Shown in pieces: positions 13,550-27,200 of a stretch of DNA of 64,000 bases (the first letter of the stretch is position 1; each line of letters begins with the position of its first letter). The translations under genes and the position numbers were made by a program. This DNA comes from Lama guanicoe (Eukaryota): contig MU054323.1 of the NCBI GenBank assembly GCA_013239625.1, forward strand, positions 7,429,220 through 7,493,219, read 5' to 3'. A model generated the notes under the pieces. The model saw only the letters and a program-made list of their open reading frames with translations, was not told the DNA's origin and searched no databases.

Positions 13550-16295
13550 GGAATCCCTAACCAACTCCTCACAGGTCTTTTGTTGTTGTTGTTAAAATTG
13601 ACAGGTGTACCCTAAAATTTAAATGGGACTGCAAAGGACCTAGAATTGCCAAAATAATTTTGAAAAAGAAGACAACTTACACTACCCAAAATCAAATTTA
13701 CAGGAATCAAGATCAGGTAGTGACAAAAGAACAGACAGCCATACAGATCAAGGGAACAGAATGGAGAGTCCAGAAATAAATCCTTAAGGTGAATTGATTT
13801 TGACAAAAATGCCAAGGCAATTCAAGGGGCACAGGACAATCTTTTCAGCAAATGGTGCTCATGCAATTGAATAGCCACATGCAAAAAAGGGACTTAGACT
13901 CTCACCTTAAACCATACACAAAAATCAGTTCAAAATCAACACAAAAGTGGATTATCGACTGAAGTGTTAAGGGTTAAAATTTCTAGATGAAAACATAGGA
14001 GAAAACTGTTGTGTCCCTGGGTCAGGCAAAGGTTTTTTTAGATATGACATCAAAAGTACAACCCATTAAAGGAAAAAAACTGATAAAGTTGCCTTTCTCA
14101 ATAACAAACTTTTGCTCTTCAAAAGATCATTAAGAAAATGGGCAGGGGGGAGGGGCGGAGGCGGGTGTAGCTCAAGTAGTAGAGCACATGCTTAGCAGGC
14201 ATGAGGTCCTAGGTTCAATCCCCAGTATCTCTTCCAAAAATAAATAAATAAACCTAATTACTCCTCCCTCCCCCCAAAAAAGATCATTAAGAAAATGAAA
14301 AGATAAGACATAAACTGGGGGAAAAAATGATCTGTAGATCATATATCCAACAGGGAACTTATGTCCAGAATATATAAAGAACTCTTAAAACTCAGTAAGA
14401 AGAAGACAAACCAACCAATTATAAAATGGGTGAGACAAACTGTCACAGCCCAGAGGTGCTTAAGGAGGTAGGATGAATAAATGTAATGTGGTGCCCTGGA
14501 ATGGGAACCTGGAACAAAAAAAGGACATTAGGGGAAAAACTAATGAAGTCTCAATAAAGCATGGAGTTCAGTTAATAATAATATCAATACTGGTTCATTT
14601 ATAAAATGTTAACAATAGGGGAACTGAGTACAGGGTATATGGGGAACTCTGTCCTATCTCAGCTGTAAATCTAAAACTACCCTAAAATAAAAAGATTATT
14701 CAAATATTTTTTAAATGGCCAAGGATCTAAATAGACAATTACAGAAAGAAGATACATGAACAACTTATTAGTACATGAAAAAGGTGCTCAACATCATTAG
14801 TCACTGGGGAAATGCAAATTAAAACCACAATAAGGTACCACCTCACTAACTAGGATGGCTATAAATACAGAAGATTGACAATATAACCAGTGCACTGGTA
14901 AGAATGTGGAGAAACTGGAGTTCTCAAGTATTTCTGGTCGGGATGTAACAGGTACAGTCACTTTCAAAAATAGTTTGGCAGTTTTTTAAAATGTTAAATA
15001 TACCCTTATCCTGCATGACCCAGCAATTCTCCTCCTACGTATCCACCCAAAAGAAACGAAAACATATGTTCACACAAAGACACAAATGGTCATAGCAGCA
15101 TTATTCATAATAGTCAAAAACTGTAAATGAGCCAAGTGTCCATCAACTGGTGAAGGAACAAACAAGACGTAGTATATTCAAATAATGGGATATTGCCAGC
15201 ACTGAACAGGCAAAACCACTGATATTTGCTACAATGTGGATAAGCCTCAAAAATATTATGCTAAGTGAAAAAAGCCAGAAGCAAAAAAACCACATCTAAT
15301 TCTGCTCACATAAAATTTTTAGAAAAGGCGAAACTACAGAAACGGGAAGGATATCAGTGGTGACCTTGGGGCTGCACGTAGGAGCTGGGACTGCCTGGGA
15401 TTAAGTGGGTGCGAGGGAACTTTTTCAGATGATGAAAATGTTCTAAAACTGGATGGTGGTGACAGTTGCAAAACTAGATAATTTTACTAAAAATCATTTA
15501 ATTGTCACAGTGGATGAATTTGATGACATATAAATTATACCTTAATAGAACTCTTAAGAAAAGACAAATCAAAACCCCAATGTTCTACTACCTCAAACCC
15601 ATTAGGGTAACTTAAAAACAAACAAACAAACAGAAAATAATGAGTGTTGGTGATAATGTGGAAAAATTAGAACCCTTATACATTGTTCATGAGATTGTAA
15701 AATGGTGCAACCCTTATGGAGAACAGTACGGAGGTTCCTCAAAAAACTGAAAACAGAACTACCATATCACCTAGTAATCCTGCCTCGGGGTATATAACCC
15801 AAAGAACTGAAACCAGGGTCTCAAAAAGATATCTGTACACCCATCTTCACAGTAGTAGTATTCAGAACAGCCAAAAGGTGGAAGCAACCCAAATGTCTAT
15901 TGGCAAAGGATGGAAAACAAAATGTGGTGTATACACACAATGGAATATTATTCAGCCTTGCAAAGGAAAGAAAGCCTGACACATGTTACAACATAGACGA
16001 ACCTTGAGGACACTATGCTAAATGAAATAAAAAGGTCATGTAAAGACAAATAGGACATGATTCTATTTATATGAGGTATCTATAGTACTCAAATTCATAG
16101 AAACAGGAAGTAGAATGGTGGTTACCAGGGTCTCATGGTAAAAGAGGAGTTGATGTTTCAGATTTGCAAGTTGAAAAAGTTCTGGAGATCTGCTTCACAG
16201 CAATGTAAAATATACTTAACTCTACTGAACTGCACACCTGAAAACAGTTAAAATGGTGAATTTTATGTTTTACCACAATAAAAAAAAAAGGAAAG
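13550..16295 (+). mobile_element. Stack of L1M-type elements: ORF2 3' part and 3' UTR (13550-15560) interrupted by a SINE and by an L1MC-like 3' end (~14430-14700), followed by an L1MB-like 3' end (~15565-16295)
   Basis: Recognisable L1 ORF2 end and UTR motifs (ttgattttgacaaaaatgccaagg, gaaatgcaaattaaaaccacaat, gacccagcaattc, aatattatgctaagtgaaaaaagccag, gagatctgcttcacagcaatg), with an A-rich tail at ~16278-16298. Confidence 0.88.
14141..14277 (+). mobile_element. tRNA-Ala-derived SINE (camelid vic-1-like) with 20-bp TSD
   Basis: gggtgtagctcaagtagtagagcacatgcttagcaggcatgaggtcctaggttcaatccccagtatctc plus tail aataaataaacctaattac. Perfect TSD AAAAGATCATTAAGAAAATG at 14121-14140 and 14278-14297. 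Confidence 0.92.
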
Positions 16296-17659
16296 AAAAG
16301 TAAGGATGGTGTTTTGGCCACCCTAGAGTTAGAGTTCAAAAGCAGAGTGTCTTATGGTAGTAGAGTGGCAAACAGAGTGAGGAAAATCCCAAGGGGAGGG
16401 TAACACTGAGTAGACTAAAGCCTAACCACTCATAAATAATTATCCTCCTAGGATGAAACCTTGAGTTTTATTGTATTAAATAATGCTGTTTCTCCCCACT
16501 GCATCATAATCAATCATCACATTTGCTGTCCATGTGACCATCCCTCTCCATCACACACACACAGGTACCACTCACATATACTCACATGTGTGGGTTTGTG
16601 AGTGTATGCAAGTCCTCCTATTTCCCCAACACACACACACACACACAGAGTTCAGGCAAAAATCTTATCCTATTTCTAAGATGATTCATGATCCTTGGTA
16701 CCAGCGCTTTCTGTGCTCCCTCTTTCTTTTTTGGACAGATACACTTTCAGGGTCAGCTACCCAAAACCTAGAAAAGAATGATTATCTGGGACTTTCAGCC
16801 TGCAATGGAGCCAAACAGACAACACCCAAGCCAGAACTGAGTGAAGCTCAAGGCTCTAAGAGGATCTTGTGTTCCTCAGCCGCTAGGTCCTCAAAAATCA
16901 CCCCCGCAAAATGCAAAACATAATTAATATCAGATGACCTATGATCTAAGAGCCAAAGTATAAGAATTGCCTGTTGGAAACAGTTCAAAATTAAAATCTT
17001 CCAAATAGGTTCAGTCTCCGGAGACCAAGATACCCAGAATGGATCTGATACCCCTTTCAAGTGACTAGAACATCAGACTCACCCAGAAATCTAAGAGGAA
17101 AATATCACCTTGTCAGTTTTCTCAAATAAGACTCCCCTCAGCACCAAGCACAGAGCTCTATTCACAATTCACATTCAGTAAATACCTGTGGAAGATAGTG
17201 ATTTCAACCCACATCAACTTACCAATATCATAAATTCTATAATAATTTTTGGGAGAATTCAAAGCTAATCCATAACTTTGAAAAAAACCAAATTTGACTA
17301 ATAAAAAAAGCTGCAAACAATGAGGCATTTGGTTTTGCACAGGACAATTAGCTAGAAACACCCTCGTCAAAAAAGCCATTTAGAATTCCAGATTCACTCA
17401 TTTTCAAAGTATCATCAGAAATATGTGCTTTAATAGCCAAACAACATAAACAAGAATTCAGACCTGTTTTTTGTAGGGTTACAAATGGTCTTAAATTATT
17501 CTAGGTCTGGTGAATTTCTACTGATTTAAAGTCACTATGATTTAAGGATAAAACAGGCAGAATTTTTGCATTATAATGAAAAGTTCAAAACACTGAAAGC
17601 ATCAGATATTTAGGCACAGTGGCCTAAAGTTCAAAAAAATAAACCTATGACTTGAAAAA

Positions 17660-17850
17660 CTCATAAAAACAGAAAGTCAACTGCGGTTACCGGGGTCTGG
17701 GGGGAGAACGAAATGGAGAGTGGTTCAATGGGCACAGAGGTTCAGCTTTGCAAGATGGAAAATACACTTACCACTACTAAAACATACACTTAAAAATGGT
17801 TAAGATGGTAAATTTTATGCTATGTGTTTTTCTTTTTACCATCATTAAAT
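17660..17850 (+). mobile_element. L1MB-like 3' UTR fragment
   Basis: aatgggcacagaggttcagctttgcaagatggaa...acacttaaaaatggttaagatggtaaattttatg. Confidence 0.75.
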
Positions 17851-18485
17851 ACTTCTTTAATTATTAAAAAAACCTCCAGTTGAAATTATCACCCACAGAA
17901 ATGGCATCTGAAATTTCAACAACAAAAGAATGAGTTTGTAATAAGTTTCATCAAATAAAAACTTGAACTGAGGAAAAAAATCTATGATTTTGTAAAAGAA
18001 AAAACAACAAAGAGGACAGATTGGCTTGATTAAATTGCGTGTGTGTGTGTGTGTTTGTGTGTAGAGCAACTAAATCAGTATTAAACAGAAAAGTAGCTAC
18101 AATAGGACAAATAAGAACCATATTAAAGTATTGTTGTAATTATAATTCTATAATTATAGCATAATTTAACAGCTTTTTTTAATTGTCTAGGTGAATTCTG
18201 TTTTGATACAAGATGTGGAGAAAACTGGTTGGTTAGCTGTTCAAACATGTACATATTTATATATGAACAGGCAGAGAGAAACGGTAAAAAGGTAGTCTGG
18301 TTTCTAGGTAACAAACTTTATCCAAATGCTTTAACAGAAGAAGCTACCAAATTAACCTTCACCCTTGGGTGGAAAAAACAACCTGGACCATCAAACCAAA
18401 GGAGATGATGAGCATTCAGAGAAAAGACTACCAAGAAGCACAAAGTGCCCTAAATTTGCAGTTTCTAGCAACACTTCCTTAAGAG

Positions 18486-18811
18486 TAGGGGTTGGCAAGC
18501 TTTTCTGTAAAGAGCCAGATAATAAACATTTTAGGCCTTGAGGGTCTTATGATTTCAGTTGCAAGACTCAATTTTGCCACTGTAGCCCAAAAGCAGCCAC
18601 AGAAAATACGTAAATGAATTAGTGTGGCTGTGTCCTAATAAAACCTTATTTATGGACACTGAAATCTGAATTTCATATCATTTTTCACAAAACATTCTTC
18701 TTTTCCTCTTCAGCCACTCAAAAATAGTTAAAAAAAATTCCTAGGTCATGGGCCATACAAAAATGGGCGACAGACTGGATTCAGCCTATGGTTATAGTTT
18801 GCCAACTCCTG
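18486..18811 (+). mobile_element. MER58-type (hAT-Charlie) non-autonomous DNA transposon, complete
   Basis: TIRs taggggttggcaa / ttgccaactcctg. 8-bp TSD cttaagag (18478-18485) vs ctgaagag (18812-18819), 7/8 identical. Internal ctgtaaagagccagataataaacattttaggc is typical of MER58. Confidence 0.9.
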
Positions 18812-19839
18812 CTGAAGAGACTAGATCAATCACAGGTGTATCGAGGGAGACACTGGTCATGCTGGAATTCAGAGGAACAAACATACTAAGCCGACATCGG
18901 GAAGTTCTGCTTTCTCTCAGAAATAAATAACCACAAACCGAAATGTAATGGTGATGAATTGCTAATTAAAGAAATCAGATATAAGGACTATGTGGTTAGA
19001 TAATTAGATCGTAAGCACCAACAAATTGCTTGAATTAGGCTAGCGGAACGCTTATCTGAGGCTCCAAAGGCTAGAAGTTTTACAAAAATGCCTTAAGCAA
19101 AAGAAACAACTACTTCTCTCAAAGACAGAAGAAAACTTGCTACAGTGTTGATGATAAGTAAATTGGTTTTGTTTGAGATGCACTTGAAAAACCCTGTTTA
19201 CTTAATATTCTCAACTCATCAGAAAAGAAACAATGAACCAATTGAGAAAATATGCCTGACATCTAGTGGAGGCTTCAGGTACTGTAGGCACATGACTTAT
19301 TTACTGCAGGAAAAACAAACAGAGGATGGAGTCTGTTTATATAAATCACGTTTCGCATCACTCATTCATGCAATATATTTTACATGCCTACCATGCTCAG
19401 GCACTATTTGAGGCACTGGGGACTCAGTGTAGAGCAAGATAGAGTCCCAGCCTTTGCAGAGGGTCCATTTTTGTGGCATGATTTACTCTATTTCGAGGAA
19501 AAGACTTTAAGAGTTTAGAATACAGTATTTATAGCATCCTAAGCTCTCAGAAGCACTTTCAGATACATTATCCTTAAACACCATCTTGAGATAATTAAGA
19601 TGAGTTTAAATAACACCATTTCACAGAAACACAAACTGATGTCTCCTGATTTTTAACCTAGTTTTTCTTCTGTCATATCACACTGCCTCCCTTCTGTTTT
19701 TCAACCAACAAAGGTATAGCTATTCCGCGTCGTCCCTTGATTCTCAACCTGACCACAGGGTTCAAACAATGGTTCAATTAGCAGATGTTTCTACAACAAT
19801 TTCTGACTGGGTCAGCCTGTTAGGAAACTGGGAAAGAAC

Positions 19840-20060
19840 GCTTGGCATGGAGCTAGGAGCCCAGGCTCTAGCTCCAACTCCGTCACTTGGTAGCTGTGTG
19901 ATCTTGGGCAGGTCATTCAACGTCCCTGATACTGCCTCCTGATCTGTTACAGGTTAAGGCTACCTATACTGCAAAGTTTGCTGTGAGGGTTAAATGAAAT
20001 AACATACACGGAAGAGGTGATCAAAGGGCTTGGAACGCTGGGTGCCCAACAAACACTTGA
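19840..20060 (+). mobile_element. MIR SINE
   Basis: tcacttggtagctgtgtgatcttgggcaggtcattcaac...ctgtgagggttaaatgaaataac. Confidence 0.75.
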
Positions 20061-21803
20061 ATCTCAAGTTTGTGAGGATCTGAGTCGATCTCTAACCTAT
20101 GCTAACAGTGAAATGTAAACAATTAACATTAAAATGTTTTATCATCATACTTAGTTTCAATTCCTGTCTCAAATTTCCACTGGAGTTTTAATTTTATCTC
20201 TGGGCATTCAGCAAAATCTAAGATTTTAAAAATGTGTTTACAAACTTTTCCCCATCTCCACTACCACCATAATAGTCCAACCCACCATTATCTCTCACCT
20301 AGCCCCTGAAAAAGACCCCTAACTGGCTTCTTCTTTTTTCACCCTTATCCCACTTCCTATGTACACACAATAGACAGTGATTCCTTCAAGTGCAAAATTC
20401 AGCATGTCCCTCTCCTACCCAAAACCCTTCAATTTGGGATAATGTCCAAAATCAATGCCTGCTTCTGCAGCCTTCCTCCTGCTCCGCTCTGCTGGGAACG
20501 CTCCTCCCTACCCTCCACGTGCCTAATTCCTATTTATCTTCACTATAAATGTGATACTTCACAAAACCCTTTCTTAACCTACTAATAAGATAAAGGCAGA
20601 CCATAAGGTAAAGACATCTTGTTAGAGAAGTGGTTTATATTATTTCTCAGAGCTTTCAAAGGGAATTATCAACATTGCCAAAAGGAAGGCAAAATTAAAA
20701 CTGCAACACAGTTAGCAGGAAAATAATGGAGTTGGGACTAACGGCTATCCATTATGAAAAAAAAATTCCTATTTCATACCTGATAACAACAACAAAAAAT
20801 ACAGAAATAAGAAATTTACTGTCAGAGGTACTTTTATCATCTTGAAGTGAGAACATAAGTTTTGAATATGACATGAAAGCCAGAAACATAAAGAAAAACT
20901 GAACAAATTTGACCATCAAACTAAAACTTTAGCAAGAAGCTTTATTTTCTACTGAGGAAGATCTAGTTTGAAATGGTCAAAGATACATACCTTCCAGCAT
21001 GTCCTCTCTTTTTTTAAAAGTTGTAAACAAATAAGCATGGTATGTAAGAAATAACTGTAAAGGGTAAAAAGTGTTTAACTAGTGGCCCAAGGAAAGGTCC
21101 AAGAATGCTGGCTGTCCATTCCCTTGGGTCCCATCCCTAACTCTCAACCTCCTTGGTAGACGGTGTTCATCCCAATCTGATTTTTAGTAAAACAAACATA
21201 AACAACTTAAGTGTTTGAAAATAATACCTACAGTGTTGTAAGACCCTGAAGTGCAAGAAAATTACCTATTCTTTGTCTAAAGAAAGACCCTTTTAAATTA
21301 ATATAGGAAGACAATGATTAAAATAATCATGATCCTATCTGAATGGAATATTTTGCTGACTTTAAGCATTCAAATATAGGAGCTATCTTCAACTCCTTCA
21401 TCTCTAAGTGCAGAACAGCAAACATTTTTTTCCTGATCATGATGAGAAATGCACACAGTGGCCCACGCCTTCCAATTTTCTCCTCGTTTGAGCTATACTT
21501 GTAACTCTTTCCTAAGGAAGCCAGCCCAAAACACCGCACTTCATAAAATTGGCTTCCTCACTCTCACTCAAACCTATTCGCATATAAGTGAAGTACTGTG
21601 TGAATACTGTTTGTACTTTGGATAGATCCTGGAAAGTCCTCAATAAATATTTGCTGAATGAATAGAAAACTTAAATCTCAGCAAGCATTAAGAACTGAGA
21701 TTCACAGAATTATATTTCAGTGGTACTCTATCTCCACTTTTGAATGCTTAGCATAGAATTCTTAGCTTATTGTTAACATTGCTAAAACCACTTTAGTTCT
21801 AAT

Positions 21804-21970
21804 GAGGTGGTTCCATAATCTGAGCAGATTCACTAGGAAACTTTTTTTAAATGTAGATTTCAGGCCACCCCCAGAATAATGATTCAGTTGACCCAGAATG
21901 GAAGTAACCTAGTAAGCTATACTTTTAAAAGTTTACTGACCCTGGTATCAGGCAGGTTTGGGAATCACTG
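21804..21970. mobile_element. MER5-like hAT element
   Basis: Termini gtggttcc... and ...gtttgggaatcactg; internal ttttaaatgtagatttcaggccacccccaga. Confidence 0.55.
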
Positions 21971-22239
21971 ACATGTGGCGAATATTAAAAAAGAAAAAAA
22001 AATCTACAAAACACAGAACCTCAAAGTTGAATGGGACTTTAAAAATTGTCTAGTTAATCCAAATGGGATTAATTACTCAAAATTTCATCAGAATCTAAAA
22101 GGGAAGCTATCACTGAGTTTTCTGAGTGGCCTGCTGACTATATACTTGGTTTGGGCATAATTCAGATTCATAAATACCTGAACTATAAAATTTGAGTTCT
22201 AGGTAATATCTACAAAGTTGCATACAGTTATGGCATACA

Positions 22240-22770
22240 GTACTAGAGCTGATCAGTATCTGGTTCTCCTCTCTTTCTTAGGTACACGGAGTATGATAAA
22301 TACTTGAAGTTAGGTACAGTAGGGAGGGAAATGACACATGTCACTTCTGAACCAAAGCAAAGAAGAACTGATATGATTCTTCTGTATAAGATAGGGAACT
22401 ATATTTGATATCTTGTAATAACTATTAATGAAAAGAATATGAAAATGAATATATATACATGACTGGGACATTAGGCTATACACTAGAAATTGACACATTG
22501 TAACTAACTATACTTCAATTAAAAAAAAAAAAAGCCCATGCAAATACCCTCCCCCCAAAAAATCGAATGCAAAAAGAGAAAATAAAAAACTGTATGTGGC
22601 CCCCACATGCTCTCTTCCCCAGGCCTTGACTGAGATGACGGAGCCAGAAACTGAAGCAGCCTAAGCCACCGAGCCACTGCTCACAATTCAGCTGCTCCGG
22701 AGTCCTTCCAATCCACAATGGACTTTGCATGAGTGACAAACATTCATGAGTTGAACCATGAGAACCATTC
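22240..22770 (+). mobile_element. MLT1J-like MaLR LTR interrupted by a younger L1 3' end (~22381-22533)
   Basis: LTR motifs aaatgacacatgtcacttctg, ccacatgctctcttccc and tggactttgcatgagtgacaaac. The insert ends gaaattgacacattgtaactaactatacttcaattaaaaaaaaaaaa (cetartiodactyl-type L1 tail). Confidence 0.65.
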
Positions 22771-23208
22771 ATATCTTAGGATCCAGGAGTTACATTTCCA
22801 CCTTAGAGAAACTCTCTGTACAAGAATGCCACAGCACCACTGCAGGCTGTAGTGAAAAACTGGAAGCGACCTCTGTGTCTGCCAACAGGAGAATGGATTA
22901 CTTGTGGGATAGTCACTCAGTGGAATATCATTCCAGATTTTGGATAAATCTCAGAAGTATAGTCTTTGATAAAGTAATAAACTTACAGAAGGATATGCAG
23001 AGCATAACCATTTATATACAGTTTTAAAATATGTGATTTTTAAGATGCATAAAGATTCAGTTAAAGTATAAAAACATACAGAGTGACAGATACAAAATAA
23101 ATGTTAGTGGCTACTCTTTGGGAGAGAGAAACAATAATAGGATTAGGAAGGACATAGGAAACTACAACTTTTCAATGTTTTATTTTTATTTTTTTAAAAA
23201 AGGTCTGA

Positions 23209-23382
23209 GGAGGGACATGGGTATAGCTCAGTGGTAGAGTATGTGCTTAGCATGCATGAGGTCCGGAGTTCAATTCCCAGTACCGCCACTAAAAAAAACA
23301 AAACAAAAAACTAATAATAAATTTAAAAACATAGACCTAATGACCCCCCCATACACACACACACACAATTTTTTTTAAAAAA
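23209..23382 (+). mobile_element. tRNA-Ala-derived SINE (vic-1-like)
   Basis: gggtatagctcagtggtagagtatgtgcttagcatgcatgaggtccggagttcaattcccagtaccgccact plus A-rich/(CA)n tail. Confidence 0.88.
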
Positions 23383-23999
23383 GAAGATTAGTTGAAAGTC
23401 TGCCTGAGAAGCTGAGCCTCCCCGCCTCTTTCACCTGACTGCCCATCACCACTCAGTGAGATGACTACTTCTTTCTAGGCCGGTGGGAAACTGCAGCTTA
23501 TTCTCTAGTGAAATTGACCAGAATGTCTCCAAACTCAGGCACACCAGGTAGAGGTGAGGGTACAAGGTCTGAATTAAAATGGAGATTAACTGAAAGTCTA
23601 CACTAAACCACTGGATTCCCCAACATATGTCTGGTGATGACATACATAACCCTTGACCCAACGACTTGTATCCAAGGTATAAATTCTTACCCAGTTCCAC
23701 TGGGGAAACATCTGAGGTATTTACTACAGCATTCTATGCGGAGGCAGAGATCTGAAGGCAACCCTGGTGTCCATCACAGGGAATGGGTAGGTAAAATATT
23801 GTTCAGCATACCACTTATGTAAAATTTTAAAAAAGAAGATACAAAACAATTCATAGTTTTCAAGAACAGATACTAATAAAAGGATAGACAATAAGTACAT
23901 GAGAATGGTTACCCATGGGGGAAAGGGTAACTAGAGTGGGATATGTGAATAAAGGGGAATAAAAAATATTATAAATAGCACAAAAGAGAATAGAAAAAG

Positions 24000-24225
24000 G
24001 TCCAAATATAATTTTATATAATTTATATAATTTTAATATAAATGTATAACTATAATATAAAATATATTTTATTTAAAATACATTTTTATTTAAAATAAAT
24101 ATAAAAATATATAAAATAATTTTATAACTATAATTTTGTAACTATATAAATCAAGTTTGATTATAATAAATGACTAATTATAATAATTATGATGTAATAT
24201 ATTTAAATGGACTAAACTCACCAGT
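24000..24225. repeat. AT-rich low-complexity tract
   Basis: About 220 nt almost entirely A/T (tatataatttt repeats). Confidence 0.85.
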
Positions 24226-27200
24226 TAAGACAGGTTGTTACGTTACATTTTTAAAATCCAGCTTACAATTTATAAGAAACATACTGAAAACCTAAGGACA
24301 ACTGAGAAAATCGAAAGAAAAAGCATGGGAAAAGTTATACTAGGCACATAACTAGCATAAGATATTAAAAGATGTTACCAGCAGATAAAACAGACTTGAG
24401 AACAAATAGAATAATTAAAAATAAAGAGAGTCACTACATAAGAAAAAAATTTCAATTTCTTAGAGAAATATGTATAATTTTGAATAAGTCAGTAAGGCTA
24501 TCTGAGTAACATGGTTAACAAATTTGACCTAACTGACATACATTCATTCACTATCAACTCTGCACCCAACAAGCACAGAATAAACATTTTCAACTTTACT
24601 TGGAACGTAACAAAAACTTGATCATATAGTAGATAATAAGCATGTCTCAACAAACTAGAAATTAATAATGAAAAGGCAACTAGAAAAACCCCCATATGTT
24701 TGGAAATTAAGAAAGCATACTTCCCAAAGAAGAAACCATAACAGAACTTGGAAGATATTTAGAACTAAACAATTTTTAAATATTACATAACAAAACTTGG
24801 ACTTAGGTAGTGCTTAGAGAAATTTATAGCCTTAAATGCTTATATGAGGGGGAAAAAAACCTGAAATGAGTAAGCGAAGCATATCTTTCAATAAGTTAGA
24901 AAAAGAATAGCAAAATAAACCCAAAGAATCTATAATAAAAGAAATAATAAAGGGTAGAAATACGTGAAATTAAAAAAAATATACATCCAATAAGAGAATC
25001 ATCAAAACCAAAAGTTGGTCCTCTGAAAGCCTAAAAGATGGAGCAAACCTATGGTAAAACTTTTTGAGGAAAAAAAAAAACAAACTATAAATACATGAGA
25101 GTAGGGACAAAAAAGAGATATTATTTAACACACATACTGCAGGTAAAATATTATAAATTTTGTGCCAATAACTTTGAAAGTTTAGATGGAATTGACAAAT
25201 TCCTACATCTATAAAATGTTCCAAAGTGACTCAAAAATAAATAAAAAATAAAAATAGTCTTATGGTTGTTTTTTTGAATGAAATTAACAGTTAAAAATCT
25301 TCTCACTAAGAAGGCATTAGGCACAGATAGCTTCATTGGTAAATTTTCCCAAAAATATAAGGAGCAAATAATTCCAGTCTTAAGCAAGCTCTTCCATATA
25401 AAAGAGAGAATGCTCTTCAACTTCTTGAAGATAGCAAACTGGGCAAACTTTGCCATTAAAACAAAACAAAACAAAACAAATCAAGGGAAATTACAAGACA
25501 CTCTAACTTATTAACATAGAAAACAATCCAAACATAATATTAGCAAATGAAATCTAGCAGTGTATCAAAAGGAGGGTCAACTTATGTTTATTCCAGGAAT
25601 GTAGGGTTGTTTAAAAAAACAATTAATGTAATTCACTACATTAATAGAACAAAGAAATCACACTATCATCTCAACGCAGAAAGTCTTTGATAAAATTTGA
25701 CATCTATTCATGGCAAAAAGAAAGCACTCTGAGCAAACCAGGAATAAAAGGGAACCTCTTCTACCTGATAAACAGTTTCTACAAAAAACTTACATCAAAT
25801 AACATACTAAAATGAATGCTGAAAACGTTCTCCTTGGGATTTAGTAATATGCAAGAATGTCTATTTAACCATTTCTATGCACTATTGCACTGGAGGTTCT
25901 AGCTGGCATAATAAAACCAAAAGAAAAAAAGTATGATTAATATTTAAAAGTATAAAAAATTGGAGGGAAGAAAGAAGGCAATCATTATTTACAGGTGATA
26001 TAATTATTTATAGAAAATCCAAAAGAATCTGAGTACAAACAGCTAGATTTATGAGCAATTTATGCACGATGACTACACAGTAAATTAAAATACAAAAGCA
26101 ACGTGCATTCCCTACACCAGCAACAAACTGTTAAGCAACGTAATTCAAAAAAGGTACAGTCTGCATGACTGTGTACATTTGCCAAAACTCACTGATTTGT
26201 ACACTTAAAGTAGAAGCCTTTACTGCATGTAAATTATATCTCAAAGTAACTGTAGGAGAAAAGGTACTGTTTCCAACAGCAACAACAAATGTAAAGTACA
26301 AAAGATTTCATTTAACATACATAAGACCTTTCTGAGGAAAATTATAAAGCTTTACTAAATAGCACAAAAGGGTATTTAAATAAACAGAAAGATATAACAC
26401 ATTTATGGAAATGGAAGACTTAATACTATAAAGATGTCTTTTTCTCCCCAGTTTGATCTTTAGATTCAATGAATCTCTGATCAAAGTCCAACAAAATTTT
26501 ATGAGGGACTCAGTAAGCTGATTCTAAAATTTATATGAAAGAGCAAAGGGCAAAGAATAGACAAGACGTTCCTAAAGAAGAAGATTACTTAATCCCTTAC
26601 AGTAATTAAGATAGTATGATATTGGTATAGCGGTAGACATTTTGACCAAAGGAACAGAATAATGGGCCCAGAAACCAGGCCATGGGTACTTGGGAACTTC
26701 ATTTATGACAATGGTAGCATTGTAGTTAAGTGGGGAAATGGTGGATTATTCAATCAATGGCCCCGAGACAAGTTATTATTCAAATGCAAAGAGAGAGAGA
26801 AAAAGAGAATTAGATATTCTACATTACACCATACACAAAAATCCATTTCAGATAACTTAAAGACACATGGGAAAGGGGCATCCTCAAGACTTAAAGAGAA
26901 AACCACTACAATGTTGGAGCAGGCAAGGTTTTGTTTTTTTTTTAAATAAAAACTGCAAATAAAAAACACTATCAAAAAAGGGGAAAGGTTAACAAATTTC
27001 ACCCCCCCCCTCAAAAAAAATGGATTACACACAGTAGGTAAAATCCACTATGGAACACAGCGGGGGGAAAAGCAAATTTCTTTTCCCAGCAAGAAGAAAT
27101 CAATGGGAAATCAAAGGAAAAACCACCACAAAAATAGTACAAGAAAGCCAATCCACTTAGAAAGTCAACAGGCATGCTTCTTAAAAATTCTTTTACTTTT

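Noticed and set aside
16710..16923. Plus-strand acceptor (ctccctctttcttttttggacag) within a 129-aa ORF as an antisense gene
   Set aside because: The ORF starts in a (CA)n-containing tract, shows no recognisable homology and has no clear partner exon.
19848..19876. Short hairpin tggagctaggagcc/ggctctagctcca
   Set aside because: Lies at the head of a MIR and is too short for a pre-miRNA.
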